Source of the DNA: Nemertoderma westbladi
Lineage: Eukaryota > Animalia > Xenacoelomorpha
Direction: 5' to 3'
Assembly (NCBI GenBank): GCA_032718475.1
Contig: JAUCBJ010007173.1
Span: 1 to 64,000 of the forward strand
DNA length: 64,000 bases
Under the pieces are notes generated by a model. That model ran no database searches. It was not told where the DNA came from and worked only from the letters and a program-made list of their open reading frames with translations. The position numbers and the translations under genes were made by a program. This document shows positions 57,566-64,000 of this stretch, piece after piece. The stretch's first letter is position 1. The number at the start of each line of letters is the position of its first letter.

Positions 57566-58790
57566 ATTTAATCCTAACATAATATAACATAATATATATT
57601 TAATTCTAATCCTTACATTTTGTTTATTAACATTACTGTGGCTTATCATTAAACAAAAACCATGCTAAAATTGGAAGTATTTCATAAAATAGGTACCAGT
57701 GGTTAGTTTTAGAGCAGTAACCGTCTATGTGGAGAAGGAAGAAATATAATACCTAATTACTGACAGAAAAACTAATGGAGATACAGTGAAGGAACTTTGG
57801 TGACTTCAAATATAGGGTATCATGTTCTACTAAGTGGTTGTAATAAACCAAGTCAAAAATTACGTCCGTTACAGAAAAAGGGAAAATTTTGAAAATTTTA
57901 GAGGAAGGGGTGATGTATTCGACTTATTGCTTTCAGTGCAAAGCAGACTTAATGTCTATACTTATTGTCTAGTAATTTGAGACAAAAAATAACATCAAAT
58001 AACATCAAAAAATAAAAAATAACATCTTTGCTGTGTATTTTCTCGTAACGGACGTAAATGGTAGCAATAGAGCAGTGACCATCTCCTACACTCTGCAAAT
58101 AGCGCTACAGCCCTGTAATTTCTCCAATTATGTTGGTTGCGGTTTGTTTTTGGCTATTAACAGCCTAACCTGAAGGATTGGCTACTTATATTGTGTTACT
58201 GATAGTAAGGCTGCCTTTATTGCCTTATGCCAAAATTTAGCTCTTCTGCACCTCTAGACTTCTTTTTATCCAAAATACTATATTAAAAAGTATTCAGTGT
58301 GACTTAAGTGGTGGATTTGCACACTTGTTTAGTTGTAAACATCAATTTACACGCAATGGAAAGTAACACCATGTAACATAATTGCACAGTTACATCCGTT
58401 ACAGGAGATGGTTACGTCCGTTACGAAAATCAATTGCAAACTGCGTGAAAACCAGTGGTCAGTAGCCCTAAATTATTTTATTAATATGTTCGGTATCTAT
58501 TCTGCAATCATTACTAAGAAGGGTTTGTCAGAACATTGCTTCAATTCGCACGAATATTGATGAGAACATGGCTACCTCAGAAATTCCATTTTGTGCGATT
58601 ACGTCCGTTACAGGTGTATTAACTTGCCCTATAAGCACATGCAATTATTTAATAATAATCTGGGGTATTTACATTATAGTACCAGTGGTCCAGCAACACC
58701 ACACAAAATATTTATAAAAAATACACAGTGCTGTTCGCAGTGGAGGCCTTTAAACTCTGTGATAGTTACGTCCGTTACCGTGGAATTGCC
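57566..58790. mobile_element. truncated DNA-transposon remnant splitting the 40-bp array
   Basis: Repeated subterminal motif tacgtccgttac in both orientations; right end ..accgtggaattgccc; no matching left TIR seen. Confidence 0.55.
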
Positions 58791-60887
58791 CTTTAGATCC
58801 TAACATTATTACTTCTACAGGTTGATCCACCTTTAGATCCTAACATTATTACTTCTACAGGTTGATCCACCTTTAGATCCTAACATTATTACTACTACAG
58901 GTTGATCCACCTTTACATCCTAACGTTATTACTTCTACAGGTTGATCCACCTTTAGATCCTAACATTATTACTTCTACAGGTTGATCCATCTTTAGATCC
59001 TAACATTATTACTTCTACAGGTTCATCCACCTTTAGATCCTAACATTATTGCTTCTACAGGTTGATCCACCTTTAGATCCTAACATTATTACTTCTACAG
59101 GTTGATCCACCTTTAGATCCTAACATTATTACTTCTACAGGTTGATCCACCTTTATATCCTAACATTATTACTACTACAGGTTGATCCACCTTTAGATCC
59201 TAACATTATTACTTCTAGAGGTTGATCCACCTTTAGATCCTAACATTATTACTACTACAGGTTGATCCACCTTTAGATCCTAACATTATTACTTCTAGAG
59301 GTTGATCCACCTTTAGATCCTAACATTATTACTTCTACAGGTTGATCCACCTTTAGATCCTAACATTATTACTACTACAGGTTGATCCACCTTTAGATCC
59401 TAACGTTATTACTTCTACAGGTTGATCCACCTTTAGATCCTAACATTATTACTTCTACAGGTTGATCCACCTTTAGATCCTAACATTATTACTTCTACAG
59501 GTTGATCCACCTTTAGATCCTAACATTATTACTGCTAGAGGTTGATCCACTTTTAGATCCTAACATTATTACTTCTAGAGGTTGATCCACCTTTAGATCC
59601 TAACATTATTACTACTACAGGTTGATCCACCTTTAGATCCTAACATTATTACTTCTAGAGGTTGATCCACCTTTAGATCCTAACATTATTACTTCTAGAG
59701 GTTGATCCACCTTTAGATCCTAACATTATTACTTCTAGAGGTTGATCCACCTTTAGATCCTAACAGTATTACTACTACAGGTTGATCCACCTTTAGATCC
59801 TAACATTATTACTTCTACAGGTTGATCCACCTTTAGATCCTAACATTATTACTTCTACAGGTTGATCCACCTTTAGATCCTAACATTATTACTTCTAGAG
59901 GTTGATCAACCTTTAGATCCTAACAGTATTACTTCTACAGGTTGATCCACCTTTAGATCCTAACATTATTATTACTACAGGTTGATCCACCTTTAGATCC
60001 TAACATTATTACTTCTACAGGTTGATCCACCTTTAGATCCTAACATTATTACTTCTGCAGGTTGATCCACCTTTAGATCCTAACAATATTATTACTACAG
60101 GTTGATCCACCTTTAGATCCTAACATTATTACTTCTACAGGTTGATCCACCTTTAGATCCTAACATTATTACTTCTACAGGTTTATCCACCTTTAGATCC
60201 TAACATTATTACTACTACAGGTTTATCCACCTTTAGATCCTAACAATATTATTACTACAGGTTGATCCACCTTTAGATCCTAACATTATTACTTCTACAG
60301 GTTGATCCACCTTTAGATCCTAACATTATTACTTCTACAGGTTTATCCACCTTTAGATCCTAACATTATTACTACTACAGGTTTATCCACCTTTAGATCC
60401 TAACATTATTGCTACTACAGGTTTATCCACCTTTAGTCCCTAACATTATTACTACTACAGGTTTATCCACCTTTAGATCCTAACATTATTACTTCTACAG
60501 GTTGATCCACCTTTAGATCCTAACGTTATTACTTCTACAGGTTGATCCACCTTTAGATCCTAACAATATTACTACTACAGGTTGATCCACCTTTAGATCC
60601 TAACATTATTATTTCTACAGGTTGATCCACCTTTAGATCCTAACATTATTACTACTACAGGTTGATCCACCTTTATATCCTAACATTATTACTTCTAGAG
60701 GTTGATCCACCTTTAGATCCTAACATTATTACTACTACAGGTTTATCCACGTTTCGATCCTAACATTATTACTACTACAGGTTGATCCACCTTTAGATCC
60801 TAACATTATTACTTCTACAGGTTGATCCACCTTTAGATCTTAACATTATTACTACTACAGGTTGATCCACCTTTAGATCCTAACATT
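58791..60887 (+). repeat. 40-bp splice-acceptor satellite, block 2 (52 AG|GT junctions); the last unit runs into exon 5
   Basis: AG every 40 bp from 58820 to 60860. Confidence 0.97.
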
Positions 60888-61041
60888 CCTGCTAATAACG
60901 GTAACTCGCCACTACACGCCGCCGTTAACATCGGAGACATGACGAGTTTGGTCCTTCTGTGTCGTTGTCGGAACACTGAAGTTGATAAAACGAATCCGGA
61001 ATGTCAAAACGCCACCGCGTTACATCTGGCTTCTTTACATG
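60861..61041 (+). CDS. ankyrin-repeat gene, coding exon 5
   Basis: Phase 0; reads VDPPLDPNIPANNGNSPLHAAVNIGD..NATALHLASLH(G); phase-1 donor gttagt at 61042. Confidence 0.88.
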
Positions 61042-61420
61042 GTTAGTGTGACTTACTTATTTCGGTTTTTATCAAAAGTCTGAAATTACTGTATCCGACT
61101 GACAGACTGTCTGATTTTTTACAGACTTCAGATTCTTTCTAAACTTTTGACGGACTACAAACGTACCAAGTTTGGTTTTAATTTCATCAAGGAATGACCG
61201 AGTTATTAGCGATAAAAAATTAGACGACGACAGACAACTCGTTAATGGTACCCCTATTCGTAAGCTTCACTCACTTCGTGGCTCGCCCCACAAAATCAAT
61301 TCACATTCAAAAGTTATTGCAACTTTAGTGTCCCCAAGGCGAACTCTAAAACTGAACTCGTTACATTTTTTCCCTATTGTTATTTATTGATTAGTAATTA
61401 TTATATTTGCCTTTATTCAG

Positions 61421-61599
61421 GTCATTATGGAATGGTGCGTATCCTATTGGCTGCAGGTGCTGACTCATACAAACTCATGGACCAATCGTCGCCCGTTGAT
61501 TTGGCACGAGCCAATGGTCACGAACAAGTCGTAGAGGCCCTGCTGTGCGCCTGCGACGCAATTTATTCAGCAGACACAGATTCCAGTGACGACGGGTAG
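61421..61599 (+). CDS. ankyrin-repeat gene, terminal coding exon 6
   Basis: Acceptor ttattcag, phase 1; (G)HYGMVRILLAAGAD..SPVDLARANGHEQVVEALL..stop completes the ANK repeat begun in exon 5; aataaa at about 61829. Confidence 0.88.
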
Positions 61600-62089
61600 A
61601 TGGCGTATAGTTATTCGATTCCAGCTGAGGAGTTTATTAGATGTCGCATTGTTGTTACTGACTTTATTTAATTATCCTATTCGCCGTGTTTTTTATATTT
61701 TATATAATTATGTGTTAACTCGCTCTCTCCAAAATGTAATGTTATGTTTCGCACCCTCTTTGGAATTGCTGCTGTTACATTTGGTGTTCATTTTGTAATA
61801 ATAATAAGTGTATTTCTAATTTTATGGCAATAAATGTTCGTATTGGAATATTTCATTTCGATATATTAATATTATTGCATTCGATTACCGTATTTCTTCG
61901 AATAACCCCTGTTATTCGCTATTCGTTAACACTATGGTTCTTTTCGGGGAATCTCGTTGATCTCGAATGCTGCAAAGCTATAAAATATATTTATATTAAA
62001 TCACACCAGGGATCCCGTTGAGAAACTGAAATTATTGCAGCCAGCAGATCGTATACTGTACGATGGTTCGACGACATTTGTGTCTACTG

Positions 62090-62375
62090 TTGATGGTGAC
62101 ACAGAACCATTCTTCAAAGTGTTAGGGAGTCGTCCTCCAGGGAGACACTTGCGCTATTCTTGTTCATTATTGTGGTTGACTATGTTCTCCGCATGTCCTT
62201 AGATCATCAATATATATGATGATGGGATGATGGTAACTCCACTTACTGGCTCCAGAAGTCCAGGAATTCCACGTTGGTAGGCCTACCTAACTGATATAGA
62301 CTAGAGGGAGCCCAACGCCTCCTCAGTTCATTAGAACAGGCTGCTTCTATGTTGTAGTGTTGGACTTTCTGTTAA
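62090..62375 (+). mobile_element. degenerate copy of the RTE family seen at 30650, continuing at about 63400
   Basis: Nucleotide similarity to 30650-30970 (cgtcctccagggaga..ttgtggttgactatgttct..cttagatcatca). Confidence 0.8.
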
Positions 62376-63395
62376 CACTTTGACTGTCACTTTATATGTG
62401 TGGAATCCCACAAATTGTCACGCTAATATTTATAAATTATGGGGATTTCATTCACTTTGAGTGCTATAAAACCATAAAATAGGTTGTGTTTATGTGTCAA
62501 AAAAAATTTAATCGTGACGCATATATGCGTCACTGACAATCTACAAATGGCAGTTTACCAAAATGAGTCAGTGACGCAAATATGCGCCATTCCAGTTGGT
62601 GGATTCCAGTAGTGCATGATGAAATCCGAGTAAAGGCTGTAGAAATTCCACACTGCAGTGTGTCTGCAGGGTGGTGCTGGATGGAGGCAAGGTTGGTGTG
62701 TCTGCAGGGTGGTGCTGGGTGGAGGCAAGGTTGGTGTGTCTGCAGGGTGGAGGCAATGATGGTGTGTCTGTAGGGTGGTGCTGGGTGGAGGCAAGGTTGG
62801 TGTGTTTGCAGGGTGGTGCTGGGTGGAGGCAAGGTTGGTGTGTCTGCAGGGTGGTGCTGGGTGGAAGCAAGGTTGGTGTGTCTGCATGGTGGTGCTGGGT
62901 GGAGGCAAGTTTAGTGTGTCTGTGCAATGCCAGAGGTAAAATGGAAACCAGGCTTCTATGTGGGGAGTAAAAAAGTATTGGGTGGTTATGGAGTGTACTC
63001 CCTTGGGAGTTAGTGTGGCGACATCCCTGTTTTACATGTAATAGCCAAGAGAGAAGAGCCTTTGGGTTGTGCCTGGTGTTTTCTGTTTCACACTCACCAA
63101 AACTTTATTATATATTTCATATTCTGGCACAATTACAAAGCTATCTAGTTGCCTCCAAATCCTAAATCTCGGTATATTTCTTATATTTTTTAAGACATTG
63201 TGCAGTGGTCATATGACGCATATATGCGTCATGGATGATGTCACAAAATGAATTTGGGATCTGTTCACAAGGTGGCACATGAAATTTTAACAAATCACCT
63301 ACCATTTCCTATACATCACAGTTTGAATCAATGACGGATATATGCGTCTATTGTCTACCATTTGACGCACCGGTGCGTCAAAGACAGTCAAAGAG
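62376..63395. mobile_element. piggyBac-like non-autonomous element with an internal 36-bp minisatellite (about 62657-62925)
   Basis: TTAA TSD (62372-62375 / 63396-63399); TIRs cactttgactgtc / gacagtcaaagag; repeated gacgcatatatgcgtc motif; the empty site ttaactcca is seen in the RTE copy at about 30953. Confidence 0.85.
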
Positions 63396-64000
63396 TTAAC
63401 TCCAAGAATACCACGTTTTATCTGAAAACCCAAGTTGCAGATGGGCTGAATCTAACCAACAAATTATTAAACAAATTGAGGAGAAGAAACGCCTGAGACA
63501 GGAAGACGGAAGACGAGAGGGGCAAGGAGATGAGGTGGTTTCCAGAGGAAACGGGAGGGAAACTCTAAGATTGATGACAAACTGTATTGATATGCCTGGA
63601 AGGCACCGCGAGGACTAAAACTAACTGTTACTCAAGGTTCACACCTTTTTATATAAGTATAAAAATTTATGCATACCATACATATGTAATCAATGGAAAA
63701 GTGCAATACGTAAATCTATAATAAATACAATGTACGTACTATAGTCAGATATAACCTTTTCCAACTATCTACTGGGACTGGGAACTAATTGACTGAAACA
63801 GGAGGACGAGACAAGGGCTCACTTACCACATATGTGCACACATGTGTGAGATAGCATGGGGGGGGGGGGGGGGGGGGTGTTAGCGGATCCAATCCGCTGC
63901 ACCACCCAACGAGAAAATGGGGAAATCGTGATTTACGAATCACGATTAGATATGCAATATTGCCCAACGCAATATTGCATACCAGAGGGAATAAGGCGAT

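Overview
Repeat-rich eukaryotic (animal-like) genomic DNA with no prokaryotic features. Two host genes are supported. One is a six-coding-exon, + strand ankyrin-repeat gene (32928-61599, about 593 aa, exon phases consistent). The other is an intronless IFT88 (52726-55215) nested on the same strand in that gene's 21.7-kb fourth intron. The rest is a stack of mobile DNA: a near-complete APE-type LINE whose giant ORF1 carries a Ulp1/C48-like protease, CR1/L2/RTE/CRE remnants, BEL/Pao remnants, MITEs, several satellites, and a young 10.6-kb non-autonomous BEL/Pao LTR element. The most unusual observations are: (1) about 65 tandem copies of the exon-5 splice acceptor, each 40-nt unit reading as a GT..CTAAC..AG mini-intron, with a similar single duplication at exon 4; (2) the BEL element has no tRNA PBS but a 12-nt sequence complementary to its own LTR, an in-frame gutted pol and an extra zinc-knuckle ORF; (3) a tRNA-headed element fused to a minimal hammerhead ribozyme; (4) the Ulp1-bearing LINE ORF1. 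All calls were made by eye, without database searches.
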